64,000 bases of DNA from an uncultured Methanosarcinales archaeon (GCA_964392465.1 CAYMPC010000002.1:14993-78992), one strand, 5' to 3'. Positions 48,615-58,362 are shown, counted from the stretch's first letter. Notes: a model not told the origin generated them from the sequence alone. Program-made: numbers and translations.

Positions 48615-49646
48615 GTGGGGAGAATGGCATTATTGAAAAATCTATATCTGGACTTGAGTTTTCTAAATCCTTTTAAAAAAAAGAAGATTGAAGAAGAAAT
48701 TAAAACTAATAAGGAAGACATAATTAATGAAGAAATAATTATGAGATCTCCTCCTCCTGCAGAAACATTACTATCAAATAATCCTTCTTTTAACAGAAAA
48801 ACAAAGGAACTTCCTCCGGTTTCCAGAAGATTGCTGGATAATGCAAAAATAAGTCATAAAACAGAAAATTATGAAAGGCAAGAATTACCAAAAATAGAAA
48901 AGCTGATAATGCCTCCCCCTATAATTAACAATAACAATCCCCCTTTAGCAAATCTCCCTAAAAGTTTTTCTAATGAAAAAAGAGAAGCGCTCATTAAGAC
49001 GCATGATACTATTAAAGAAAAAGAAGATTTTGAAGAATCAAACTTAGAAGAAAAAGAAAACACTTTTTTCAACACATTGTATTCTCATTTATCAAAAGAA
49101 GAGCAATATATGCATAAATCACTCTCGAACAAGGTATTTAATAAAAATCTATTAGATGAAATGCAGACATTTTGGCAGCTAAAAAAAGATGAATTGAATA
49201 AAATAAAATTTAATCAGAATATAAAAGCAGATTTAATGAAAAAGATGAATGATCTTCAGCAGCAGGAGATAGAATGGCAAAAATTGCAGCTGCAGCATGA
49301 TAGGATTAAAGATGAGTTGGCTTCTAAGGAAATAATAATTGAAAATAATATTAAACAGATGAGAAGATCTTTTAAAAAACTACATCTCTCGTCTGATATA
49401 AGACCAGAACATTATTTTGTTTTGTCAAATGGAGAAAAATTGAGAAACTTAACTGAGCTGATAGAATCATTAAAAACAATGTCTCCAGAAATATATTTTT
49501 ATCACGTGAATGAGCAAAAAAACGATTTTGCAAATTGGATTCATGATGTTATGGGATTATCAGATTTGGCTCAAAACGTCAAATTATCAAAAAATAAGGA
49601 ACAAATGAGCTATTTAATAGAAAATTGGTGTAATTCTGTTTTATAA
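48615..49646 (+). CDS. hypothetical protein with C-terminal 'KNDFAxW' domain and proline-rich disordered N-terminus
   Basis: YFVLSNGEKLRNLTELIESLKTMSPEIYFYHVNEQKNDFANWIHDVMGL aligns with the 20635 and 16596 proteins. Confidence 0.6.
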   Translation: MGRMALLKNLYLDLSFLNPFKKKKIEEEIKTNKEDIINEEIIMRSPPPAETLLSNNPSFNRKTKELPPVSRRLLDNAKISHKTENYERQELPKIEKLIMPPPIINNNNPPLANLPKSFSNEKREALIKTHDTIKEKEDFEESNLEEKENTFFNTLYSHLSKEEQYMHKSLSNKVFNKNLLDEMQTFWQLKKDELNKIKFNQNIKADLMKKMNDLQQQEIEWQKLQLQHDRIKDELASKEIIIENNIKQMRRSFKKLHLSSDIRPEHYFVLSNGEKLRNLTELIESLKTMSPEIYFYHVNEQKNDFANWIHDVMGLSDLAQNVKLSKNKEQMSYLIENWCNSVL

Positions 49647-49989
49647 TCTATTTTTAAATTTAATTTTTTATTAAAGATATTTAATAAACTATTTTTTGAT
49701 TTTTTTTATATTTTTATTAGTTATTTTACTTTTATATCTCTAAATATATAATTAATATTCTTATTTTTGTTAATAATGCTTTTTTTGTGTTGCTATCTTT
49801 TAAGTTTGAAAAGGAAACATTTAAATATATGTTAGTATACACATTAGTATACCAATACACAAAATTAATAATTTTGTATTTTAATATACAAAATCATATT
49901 ACAAAATACTAAAACAAATATTAAGATAGTTAAAGCTATTTTAAACAAGCAAGTTGTATTGTCAAGTTTGTCAAGTAAGCAGGTGAAAA

Positions 49990-50199
49990 ATGAATGAGTC
50001 AGCAGAGTGGGTTAAATTAGTCTATAATGAGACCCCAGAAAAAGCGAATGTAAAACAAGGTTATTTGTTTGATGAAGGCGATTTCTTTAGAGTTGTTGGC
50101 GATTCTTCTGAAACACTTGTAAGAAAACTCAAAGTCATTTCTATAACTAAAAAAGCTCAACCAAGGGTGAGAAACTATGAAAGAAAAATTAGGCTATAA
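49990..50199 (+). CDS. small hypothetical protein
   Basis: 69 aa; GGTGA Shine-Dalgarno-like sequence upstream; overlaps the next gene by 23 nt. Confidence 0.4.
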   Translation: MNESAEWVKLVYNETPEKANVKQGYLFDEGDFFRVVGDSSETLVRKLKVISITKKAQPRVRNYERKIRL

Positions 50200-50980
50200 A
50201 TTATTAACATATACAACAATAGTATTTGTATTTGCAGTAGCATTCTATTACGCATTTGCAGCAGAAGTGCCAATTGGCGCGCAAACAATGGTAGAAGGAA
50301 TTGAATCTACCATTAATGAGAGCCAGTATGCTCCTGCAACAACAGAAGCATATGCAGGTAACATTTCTCAATTGACAATATTTGGTAGATCCCAGACAAA
50401 GCACTGGCAAGGTTACTATGGTGAGATTACAGGTGTCATTGTTTTGGATGATGCACAAAACTGGACCATGTATGACTGGCCAAACACAGAACCAAAAGGA
50501 GAGATATATGCTACAGTAAATAGTACAACACCCATATGGAATACAATCTCATGTTTTAATTATTCAGGATTAGAAGCAGACCTAACAATAAATAATACCT
50601 ATTATTGGGAGACTTTTTACAATATGACTTTCAATGATGTAGATGGAATTGATGAGACCTTTAACATGACAACACACGCAGCTTTTGATGTAGGAGAATA
50701 TTCAATTTTAACAAATACATGTCCAAGCACTTTTACTCATGTTAGTGATGTATGGCAGGAAACAAATTTTGTAGAAGTATTGCTCCAAGACAGCACAGGA
50801 CAGTTGATTTTCACAACAATAATAGAGAATGATGAAGAAGGAAATAATGCAGATCCAACAGGTTATGATGGAGCGACACATGACTTCCAGATGCTAGTAG
50901 CAGAAGATGGTACAAGCAGGTCAGGAGGAGTCAGAAACACAGCAACTACAACCTATTACTTTTACTTAGACCTTGAATAA
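50177..50980 (+). CDS. secreted beta-rich protein, family member A (C-terminal YYFYLDLE)
   Basis: Sec-type signal peptide. Shares WKAY.GN..G...L.D, NNTF, H..F.VG, FQEVLL.D, DFQM.VAE and YYFY(L/V)(D/E) blocks with the 51063 and 53472 proteins. Confidence 0.7.
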   Translation: MKEKLGYKLLTYTTIVFVFAVAFYYAFAAEVPIGAQTMVEGIESTINESQYAPATTEAYAGNISQLTIFGRSQTKHWQGYYGEITGVIVLDDAQNWTMYDWPNTEPKGEIYATVNSTTPIWNTISCFNYSGLEADLTINNTYYWETFYNMTFNDVDGIDETFNMTTHAAFDVGEYSILTNTCPSTFTHVSDVWQETNFVEVLLQDSTGQLIFTTIIENDEEGNNADPTGYDGATHDFQMLVAEDGTSRSGGVRNTATTTYYFYLDLE

Positions 50981-51062
50981 GGAGGCATAAAAAAACAATT
51001 TTTTGTTTTTTATTTTTAAATTCAAGTAACTAACCAAAAAAATCAAAAAGAGGCAAAACACA

Positions 51063-51803
51063 ATGAAACAACAAACAAAAATTATTGGAATGTTGCTAAT
51101 TGTAGCTTTAGCTTCTTTATTATCTTATCAATTAATTATAGCAGATCCAGATGGAGCAGATATAACCTATATTAATTATACAATGAAAGGGAACAGAACA
51201 CCAGACAGTAGGACAGATGGAAAAGGAACAATAACAACACTTATTATCAATACAGTTCAGCAGAATATGAAATGGAAAGCTTATGTTGGAAATGTTTCAG
51301 GAAAATTAGTTTTAAGAGACGCAGAAGAATATAGTATTTATGAATGGCCTGCGCAAGCAAACCCAGATGGAGTTGTCTACATTACCATGAATGATAGTAT
51401 AGACTGGGCTTCAATTCAATGCGCAAATACCTCAGATATACAAACACAGCAGACACATTTAGGCCATAATGCGTTAGCATTAGATAACATTAATAATACT
51501 TTTTCAGAAATAACACATCAACGTTTTGATGTGGGAGCAATTCCCATTGAAACAACAGAACAATGTTGGACAGCTTACCCTTGGGTTAATCACTCAGCGC
51601 AGACCCCAAGCACAACAGCATTATACCAAGAAGTGCTTTTAATGGATATAGACAGGAAACTTGTTTATGCTACAATGATAGATCAAGATGCAGACAGTTA
51701 TAAAAACGATACTATAACATCCTTTGACTTTCAGGCAATAGTCCCAGATTATACAACAGCAGCAAATGCATTATATTACTTTTATGTTGAGATTTCAGGT
51801 TAA
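51063..51803 (+). CDS. secreted beta-rich protein, family member B (C-terminal YYFYVEISG)
   Basis: Paralog of 50177 and 53472; signal peptide. Confidence 0.7.
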   Translation: MKQQTKIIGMLLIVALASLLSYQLIIADPDGADITYINYTMKGNRTPDSRTDGKGTITTLIINTVQQNMKWKAYVGNVSGKLVLRDAEEYSIYEWPAQANPDGVVYITMNDSIDWASIQCANTSDIQTQQTHLGHNALALDNINNTFSEITHQRFDVGAIPIETTEQCWTAYPWVNHSAQTPSTTALYQEVLLMDIDRKLVYATMIDQDADSYKNDTITSFDFQAIVPDYTTAANALYYFYVEISG

Positions 51804-51840
51804 ACTAGATAAAGGCAATAAGGCAATAAAGGCAAGTGAA

Positions 51841-52785
51841 ATGATAAAAAAAGAAACAATAAACAAACTAAAACCTAACAATAAGGAGCTTAATATATTA
51901 TTATTTGGCTTACTTATCTTGTTTGGAACATGGATATTATTGTTAACAGAACCTTTAATATCTAGTCAGCCATATAATGCCAGTGCATTAGTGAATACAA
52001 CAGTTAATATTACTAACTCAGCACCACTTGTCAGCAATGTTTTATTAGATACACCAGTAGATTTAATAGCTTATGATAATAAAACAGTTTATTGTAATGC
52101 TACTATATTTGATTTTGACAATCAAACACAAGAAGTAAATGCTACATTGTATCTTAATGGAATAACAACACCTATATCTCCAGATGATGGAAATAATCAT
52201 TATTCAAATACAAGTTGTACAAGAGTAGGACCTCAGGATAGAACCATGAATTATATATGTACTTTTGATATAAGGTATTATGCTAATAATAATACTAACT
52301 GGATATGCAATGTTACTGCAAAAGACACAGGAAACGCATATAACTCAAATATATCCAATTTAGCAACAATAAATCCTTTAGTTGCAATAAAATTACCTCC
52401 TTTAATAGACTATGGAGATTTGGCAGTGACAGATATTTCAGATGATATTGATGCAAATGTCACAAATGCAGGTAACAGAGATGCTAATATCTCAGTAGAA
52501 GGTTGGGGCGCAACCCCAGGAGATGGGCTAGCTTTTGTATGTGATTTTGGGACAATTGATATTAGTTATGAGAGATATAATATTACTACAGGAATTAACA
52601 ATTATCCTTTTATGACAGAACTAACAACAACCACAACAATGATACCGAGGTTTTATGTACAACAAAGAACAGATGAATCACTTGATTCATTTAACTCTAC
52701 TTGGTGGAAAGTGCAGATTCCAATTGGAGCAGGCGGTGTATGTAACGGAACTATCCTGTTTTCAGCAACAGACAGAGGAAACTAA
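51841..52785 (+). CDS. secreted or membrane-anchored glycoprotein
   Basis: The track ORF begins at 51766, overlapping the previous gene. The internal Met at about 51841 (MIKKETINK) is the more plausible start. Signal-anchor followed by a sequon-rich domain. Confidence 0.5.
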   Translation: MIKKETINKLKPNNKELNILLFGLLILFGTWILLLTEPLISSQPYNASALVNTTVNITNSAPLVSNVLLDTPVDLIAYDNKTVYCNATIFDFDNQTQEVNATLYLNGITTPISPDDGNNHYSNTSCTRVGPQDRTMNYICTFDIRYYANNNTNWICNVTAKDTGNAYNSNISNLATINPLVAIKLPPLIDYGDLAVTDISDDIDANVTNAGNRDANISVEGWGATPGDGLAFVCDFGTIDISYERYNITTGINNYPFMTELTTTTTMIPRFYVQQRTDESLDSFNSTWWKVQIPIGAGGVCNGTILFSATDRGN

Positions 52786-52962
52786 TTTTTCTATTTACTT
52801 TTCTTAACTAAATACTCTTTTATAATACTCTTTTTAATAAAAATATATACTATCTTTATTTCTTTTTTTATTACATAATAAGTAAATAATTATATTATTT
52901 AAGTAATAAATACTTAACAAATAATAAAATATATAAATAACATATTAAATAATAAGTAATAA

Positions 52963-53475
52963 ATGGCCATTAGTACTGAACAAATAGAGCTTTTAACAAA
53001 AGATAAGAGTGTTGAGGCTCTAAAACTCCTTCTTGAGCATTTTAGAGAGCAATATAAAATACAGCCAGAGCAGCTTCTAGAGTTGATATCTGGAAAAACA
53101 AAAAAAGAAGATATTCCCTTAACAGCATTCAACAATGATAGGCTTAGTTCTCTTGAGATTATTGTTAAATATCTAAAAGAAAATATTTCAAAAAATTATC
53201 ATGAGATTGCACTTCTTCTAAATAGAGATGACAGGACAATTTGGTCCACATATAATAACAGTATAAAGAAAAACAAATCTCCCTTAAAAATAGGAGAAAC
53301 TGCTGTTTTTATTCCTTTACAAATATTTTCATACAGAAAAAAAAGTGTTTTAGAAACTCTTGTTGTCTATTTAAAAGACAACCTTGATTATTCCTTCACT
53401 AAAATCTCAGAACTTCTTTTGAAAGATTATCAGACAATATACACAACTTATAGGAGAGGAAAACTAAAAAAATGA
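52963..53475 (+). CDS. putative regulator with two helix-turn-helix-like repeats
   Basis: Internal duplication LSSLEIIVKYLKENISKNYHEIALLLNRDDRTIWSTY and SVLETLVVYLKDNLDYSFTKISELLLKDYQTIYTTY; 4-nt overlap with 53472. Confidence 0.45.
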   Translation: MAISTEQIELLTKDKSVEALKLLLEHFREQYKIQPEQLLELISGKTKKEDIPLTAFNNDRLSSLEIIVKYLKENISKNYHEIALLLNRDDRTIWSTYNNSIKKNKSPLKIGETAVFIPLQIFSYRKKSVLETLVVYLKDNLDYSFTKISELLLKDYQTIYTTYRRGKLKK

Positions 53476-54200
53476 ATAATAAAACTCTCATAAAAATAGT
53501 TGGCCTCTTTTTGTTAGCTATGTTTTCATTAAGTTATGTATATTCACAGACTTATCAAGTTCCTGGAGCAGACATACTTTATAATACAACTGAAACTAAA
53601 ACACCTTCTCCTGCAGAATATCTAAATACGTCAGGAGGATCTTTTACCACGATGATATTAAGTTCTGAAACACAAAATCTGAAATGGAAAGCTTATATAG
53701 GTAATGTTACAGGAGTTCTTACTCTAGATGATTCTGGGAATTATTCTATCTATCAATGGCAGCTTACTTCTTTTACAGGAGAGGTATATGCCAGCAGAGT
53801 TAATAATATAACTTGGTCTAACATAAAATGCGCAAATTTAACACACATAGAAAATGAAGAAATAGCGATGAACCATACAACAAGCAATGTAGACAGCATA
53901 AATAATACCTTTAATTCAATGGTACATAGAGAATTTTTTGTTGGAACCATAAAAATAAATGAGAGCAGCTGTAAATCAACTTTTACCTGGGTAAATGATA
54001 CACAACAGAGTGCATCTGTAACTGCACCTTTCCAAGAAGTTTTACTGACTGATAATAATGCATTGGTCTATACAACTTTTGTAAACGATAATACTCAAGG
54101 GTTTAACTATAATAGATACGATTTTCAGATGATTGTTGCAGAAAGAGGGATAGGAGGATATGAAAATACAAGATATTATTTTTATTTAGAGCTTGATTAA
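53472..54200 (+). CDS. secreted beta-rich protein, family member C (C-terminal YYFYLELD)
   Basis: Paralog of 50177 and 51063. Confidence 0.7.
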   Translation: MNNKTLIKIVGLFLLAMFSLSYVYSQTYQVPGADILYNTTETKTPSPAEYLNTSGGSFTTMILSSETQNLKWKAYIGNVTGVLTLDDSGNYSIYQWQLTSFTGEVYASRVNNITWSNIKCANLTHIENEEIAMNHTTSNVDSINNTFNSMVHREFFVGTIKINESSCKSTFTWVNDTQQSASVTAPFQEVLLTDNNALVYTTFVNDNTQGFNYNRYDFQMIVAERGIGGYENTRYYFYLELD

Positions 54201-54272
54201 TTATTTATTTACCCTGAAAGTTTTAATATCAAAAGAAAAATCTTAAATACTTGATTAATAATTTTTAATGAT

Positions 54273-54776
54273 ATGGTAATCTATGACAAAAATCAATTGA
54301 CTTTTAATTTATTATTCTTATTTATTCTTATGGCTTCTATAATCCTTAATATCATTTTTGCGCAGAACTTTATTTTGCTGGATAAAAAATACACAGATAT
54401 TAACAATACGTTGGCAAAAATAGAAGATAATCAGAATTTTAATTTTGTAGAAGGAGCGCATTATACACTTGAATACATGTTAACACCCCAGGGATTTTAT
54501 GTATTGGCCAATGACTATGGAGTTTTCAATGGACCCTCTATGCAGCCATCTATTTTTGATGGCAACACAATGATAGAAAAAAAATATGATGGAAAAGAAA
54601 GACTTGAGGCAGGCCAGATTGTCAGATTTTTAAGAAAAGACGGACAGGCAGTAATTCATAGAGTAAGAGCAGATTATGGATCTACTGTTTATGTCCAGGG
54701 AGATTCTTTAAAAGAAGGAGAGATAATTGAAAAAGAAAGGATAACGCATCTTGTTGTAGGAATTCTATTTACATAA
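54273..54776 (+). CDS. signal peptidase I, Sec11/SipW (archaeal/ER) type, putative
   Basis: N-terminal TM. GPSMQPSI serine motif (compare SGSMEP), AVIHRV histidine box (compare ivHRv of Sec11), and downstream GD box (VQGDSL). Confidence 0.5.
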   Translation: MVIYDKNQLTFNLLFLFILMASIILNIIFAQNFILLDKKYTDINNTLAKIEDNQNFNFVEGAHYTLEYMLTPQGFYVLANDYGVFNGPSMQPSIFDGNTMIEKKYDGKERLEAGQIVRFLRKDGQAVIHRVRADYGSTVYVQGDSLKEGEIIEKERITHLVVGILFT

Positions 54777-54808
54777 AATTTATATCTTTATAATAAATTA
54801 CCTATTCT

Positions 54809-55657
54809 GTGAAAAAGAGCGAAAAAACAACATTAATTGGTGTTTTTCTAAATATTGTTTTATTTATAGCAAAATTAATAGTTGGTCTTTTATCAAATAG
54901 TCTGGCGGTATTATCAGATGCTTTTAACTCATTAGGAGATATTATTTCTTATACTGCTATTTTTTTTGCTGTTAGGGTAGGTAGTAAAAAAGCAGATGAA
55001 GATCATCCTTTTGGTCATTCAAGAGCAGAACCATTAGCAGGATTTGTAGTAGCATTATTTACCTTTTTGTTAGCAGTTGAAATTTTCAGAAGCGCTATTT
55101 TAGCTTTCTTCACTCAAAGGACATATTCTTATGAGATATATGCAGTTTCCGTTCTTGTCTTTACGATGATTATTAAATCGTTTATGTCTTTCTATTATAA
55201 TAAAGTAGGAAAGGAAGAAAACAGCCCAGCATTAAGGGCAGGAGCAGTAGATTCAAGGAACGATGTTTTAGTCAGTGGAGTCGCTTTAGCAGGAGTAATT
55301 GGTCCTTATGTTGGTTTTTCTTTGCTTGATACAATAGCAGCATTATTGATTAGCCTTTTTATATTCTATTCAGCTTACAAAATAGGTAAAGAAAATGTAG
55401 ATTACTTAATGGGAAAAAGCGCTCCTATAGAAAACATAGAGGAAATAAAAAGGCTGGCGAAAAAAATCAAAGGAGTAAAAAATATTCATGATTTAAGGGC
55501 ACATTATGTAGGAAACTATCTTCATCTTGAAATTCATATTGTTGTTGATGAGAATCTTTCAACTAAGGAATCTCATAGGATAGGAAAGGAAGTACAATAT
55601 GTTCTTGAAAGGCTTTCTTATGTTGATAAAGCATTTATTCATATAGATCCTATATAA
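54809..55657 (+). CDS. cation diffusion facilitator (CDF) family metal transporter
   Basis: LSNSLAVLSDAFNSLGD..HPFGHSR CDF signature; six TM helices plus a cytoplasmic C-terminal domain. Confidence 0.85.
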   Translation: MKKSEKTTLIGVFLNIVLFIAKLIVGLLSNSLAVLSDAFNSLGDIISYTAIFFAVRVGSKKADEDHPFGHSRAEPLAGFVVALFTFLLAVEIFRSAILAFFTQRTYSYEIYAVSVLVFTMIIKSFMSFYYNKVGKEENSPALRAGAVDSRNDVLVSGVALAGVIGPYVGFSLLDTIAALLISLFIFYSAYKIGKENVDYLMGKSAPIENIEEIKRLAKKIKGVKNIHDLRAHYVGNYLHLEIHIVVDENLSTKESHRIGKEVQYVLERLSYVDKAFIHIDPI

Positions 55658-55728
55658 CTTTTTCTTTAACATTTAACTTCTTCGTTTCTTCAACAAGATT
55701 TATATACTTTCATAATAAAATAAGTCAT

Positions 55729-56019
55729 ATGGATGAAGAAGAGATTGATTTATGGTATGAAGAGCAAAAAGATAGACTTACTGAAAATTATAGAAAAAAA
55801 ATAGATAAATCAAAAAATAGAGAAAAAATAAAACAAAATTATAACAAAGCACTAGCAACACTTCATAAAAAATATGAAAGGATTTCGGATAAAACAATAA
55901 AGCACAACCTTGCAAGGTTCTTTTTTAATTATAGATTTGAAAAATTGAAAAAAAACATTTTTTCTCCATTTATTAGGATGAAGGAAGATTATGAAATTAA
56001 AAAAAAGAAGCAAAGTTAA
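55729..56019 (+). CDS. hypothetical basic coiled-coil protein
   Basis: 96-aa ORF; lysine-rich. Confidence 0.35.
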   Translation: MDEEEIDLWYEEQKDRLTENYRKKIDKSKNREKIKQNYNKALATLHKKYERISDKTIKHNLARFFFNYRFEKLKKNIFSPFIRMKEDYEIKKKKQS

Positions 56020-56064
56020 AATTTAAATCATAATCTTTTTATAGTCTGTAATTTTATACATTAA

Positions 56065-56376
56065 ATGATGTCAAAGAAATACAAAGAGCAGATAAATAAG
56101 CTCAAGCATATTCAGTTTGGACTTTTTCTGGTTTGTATTATTATATTAATAGGATATATCTACTTTATAACAAGGCCAAAGTTAACAAAGTATACACTTA
56201 CTGACGAATGCGGTCCCATAGGGGGAGCAGTATTGCATTCCATAAGTGATATAGATTATTGTGACAATATCTGCTATTCTCATTGCTTGTCTATGGAAAA
56301 AGGATATTATAAAACAGACTTTGAAAAAAGAGACTCTCCTGAGTGTAATTTATGTAATTGCTATTGCAAAGATTAG
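56065..56376 (+). CDS. small membrane protein with cysteine-rich ectodomain
   Basis: One TM helix, eight cysteines including CNLCNCYC. Confidence 0.4.
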   Translation: MMSKKYKEQINKLKHIQFGLFLVCIIILIGYIYFITRPKLTKYTLTDECGPIGGAVLHSISDIDYCDNICYSHCLSMEKGYYKTDFEKRDSPECNLCNCYCKD

Positions 56377-56449
56377 ATAAGAATAGGGCAAAACATTTAT
56401 ATAAAATTAGATTTTGAAAAAAGATAGTGTTTAGGGTGGGTGTAATAAA

Positions 56450-58249
56450 TTGAATAAAAAAAAAGTAATTTTAGTTTTATTTTTTATATTTATTCTTCCT
56501 TTTTTATATGCTCAAGAACTACCTAGTACTTATGTTTCAAATTCTGCAGACTGGCAGGATGTTTATTCTACACTACAATATTCAGGTATTATGGGTTCTT
56601 CGGGTTATTTTTTAGTATCAACAAGGCATTCAACTCTTTTAGTAAATCAGCTTAATAAAAATAACAACATTGTGATAGTCTCTTCTTCTCAGAAACCATA
56701 TGTAATAGGTTATAAATCAGTGCTTGAATCAAGGGGATTCTCAAATGCAGAGGAGATTAGAGCAAATAATGTTAATCTTGAATTAGGAAGAAGACTTCCA
56801 GGCGAGGTTAGAGATTTTATAATTATAGATGATTCATATGGTTATAATTCAATATCAGTTGCTCCATATGCAGCTATTTCAAAATCATATGTTTTATTTG
56901 CTAATAGGAGAACTATAAATCAGATTTATGATTTTCTTAAATCAAGAACACTTAATTCAGTTCTTATTTATGGTCAAGTTGACAGGGAAGTAAAAGACAG
57001 GCTTTCTGAATTTAACCCTGAAACTATCAATGAGGGAGATAGGTTTTTGAATAATCAAAAGATTGTTGATAAATATCAGGCAATTCATAAGAAACAGACA
57101 GGAGAACCGAAAAAGCAGGCAATTCTTACAAATGGTGAGTTTATAGAGCAAGAAATAATGTCAGGGGTAGAGCCAGTTGTTTTCATAGGAAGGGCGAATG
57201 TTCCTGATCAAGTTAAAGATTACATAAAAGGAAGCGATATTGAAATTGGTATTTTAATAGGAAATGAATTGATTGGTTCTGCCACTTTTATGAGAAGAGA
57301 ACTTGGAATAAGTGTCTTCGTTAAATTTGCGCAATCATCAAGGCAGCCGACAACAGCGATTTCTCCAGTAGAAGACTTAGATCGGTTTTATCTTCCAAGA
57401 TATAGTCTTGATTTGGACATCTTTGAGCTAACCTATAACAGGATCTCAAATAGGATAGAAGTTACTTACCAAAATAAAGTAGATCTTTCTGCATATCTTA
57501 AGGGTACTATTACAGTAAGATATGATGGCGGAACTCAGATTTTAGGAGATGAGGAACCCTTATTTATTGACAAATCACAATTTAAAACATTGAGTTATGA
57601 TAAAAAATCAGATGGAACACCATTAGATAAGATGCAAGGCAATATAACAGCAGAAATCTTTACTATATATGGAGAATCAAAAAAAGCCCTTGAATACACC
57701 TTGAGAAAAACAGTTGAAGTAAAAACAGTAGATATCACAGACAATTCAAAAATTGAATTTGGAAAAGTATTATATGATAAGAGAAGTGGAAAATTCCTTA
57801 TTGAAATAAAAAACACAGGAAGCACAGATGTTTTTGTGGATGTTGAAATAATAGATTTGCTTATTAATGATGAGCTGATTACTGTAGGAGGAGGCCAGGT
57901 CATTTTCATTAAGAAAGGAGAATCAGTTTTTATTGAAGTAATAATAGCTATGACTGAGCAAGATTTAACTAATAATCCTAAGATTAAAATCAGAGCATAC
58001 TATGGAGAAAGAGAAAGGACTCTAGTAAATGTTATTGAGGGTGAATTCTCTTATGGATATACGGGGTTGGGCTATATAACTGGCCAAATCTTTAAAGACC
58101 TAGGAAAAGGCGTAGTGTTATACTTACCTTTAGTCATAATAATTCTCTTATTGATATTGATAATAGGTATGAAAAAGAAATGTCCGCACTGCGGAGAAAT
58201 AAATAATCTGAGAGCAAAAAGATGTAAAAAGTGTGATACAGAAATCTAG
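56450..58249 (+). CDS. cell-surface protein with putative CWB2-like repeats, C-terminal TM and cytoplasmic zinc ribbon
   Basis: Signal peptide. Three repeats of about 90 aa resemble cell-wall-binding repeat 2 (for example FIIIDDSYGYNSISVAPYAAISKSYVLFAN...VLIYGQ). TM near aa 560, then CPHCGEIN...CKKCDTEI. Confidence 0.55.
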   Translation: MNKKKVILVLFFIFILPFLYAQELPSTYVSNSADWQDVYSTLQYSGIMGSSGYFLVSTRHSTLLVNQLNKNNNIVIVSSSQKPYVIGYKSVLESRGFSNAEEIRANNVNLELGRRLPGEVRDFIIIDDSYGYNSISVAPYAAISKSYVLFANRRTINQIYDFLKSRTLNSVLIYGQVDREVKDRLSEFNPETINEGDRFLNNQKIVDKYQAIHKKQTGEPKKQAILTNGEFIEQEIMSGVEPVVFIGRANVPDQVKDYIKGSDIEIGILIGNELIGSATFMRRELGISVFVKFAQSSRQPTTAISPVEDLDRFYLPRYSLDLDIFELTYNRISNRIEVTYQNKVDLSAYLKGTITVRYDGGTQILGDEEPLFIDKSQFKTLSYDKKSDGTPLDKMQGNITAEIFTIYGESKKALEYTLRKTVEVKTVDITDNSKIEFGKVLYDKRSGKFLIEIKNTGSTDVFVDVEIIDLLINDELITVGGGQVIFIKKGESVFIEVIIAMTEQDLTNNPKIKIRAYYGERERTLVNVIEGEFSYGYTGLGYITGQIFKDLGKGVVLYLPLVIIILLLILIIGMKKKCPHCGEINNLRAKRCKKCDTEI

Positions 58250-58362
58250 TTTCTTTTTTTATTTTTTAAAATTAGTCATCTAATTTATAGTTTCTATTTA
58301 TTTTTCAAAAATGAAAATATTATTTCAAAAATGAAAAATTATTTAAATGCTAAAACAAAATT

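Noticed and set aside
50204-50458. 84-aa cysteine-rich minus-strand ORF
   Set aside because: It is antisense to fibre paralog A, and its high Cys content comes from reverse-reading GCA/ACA-rich codons.
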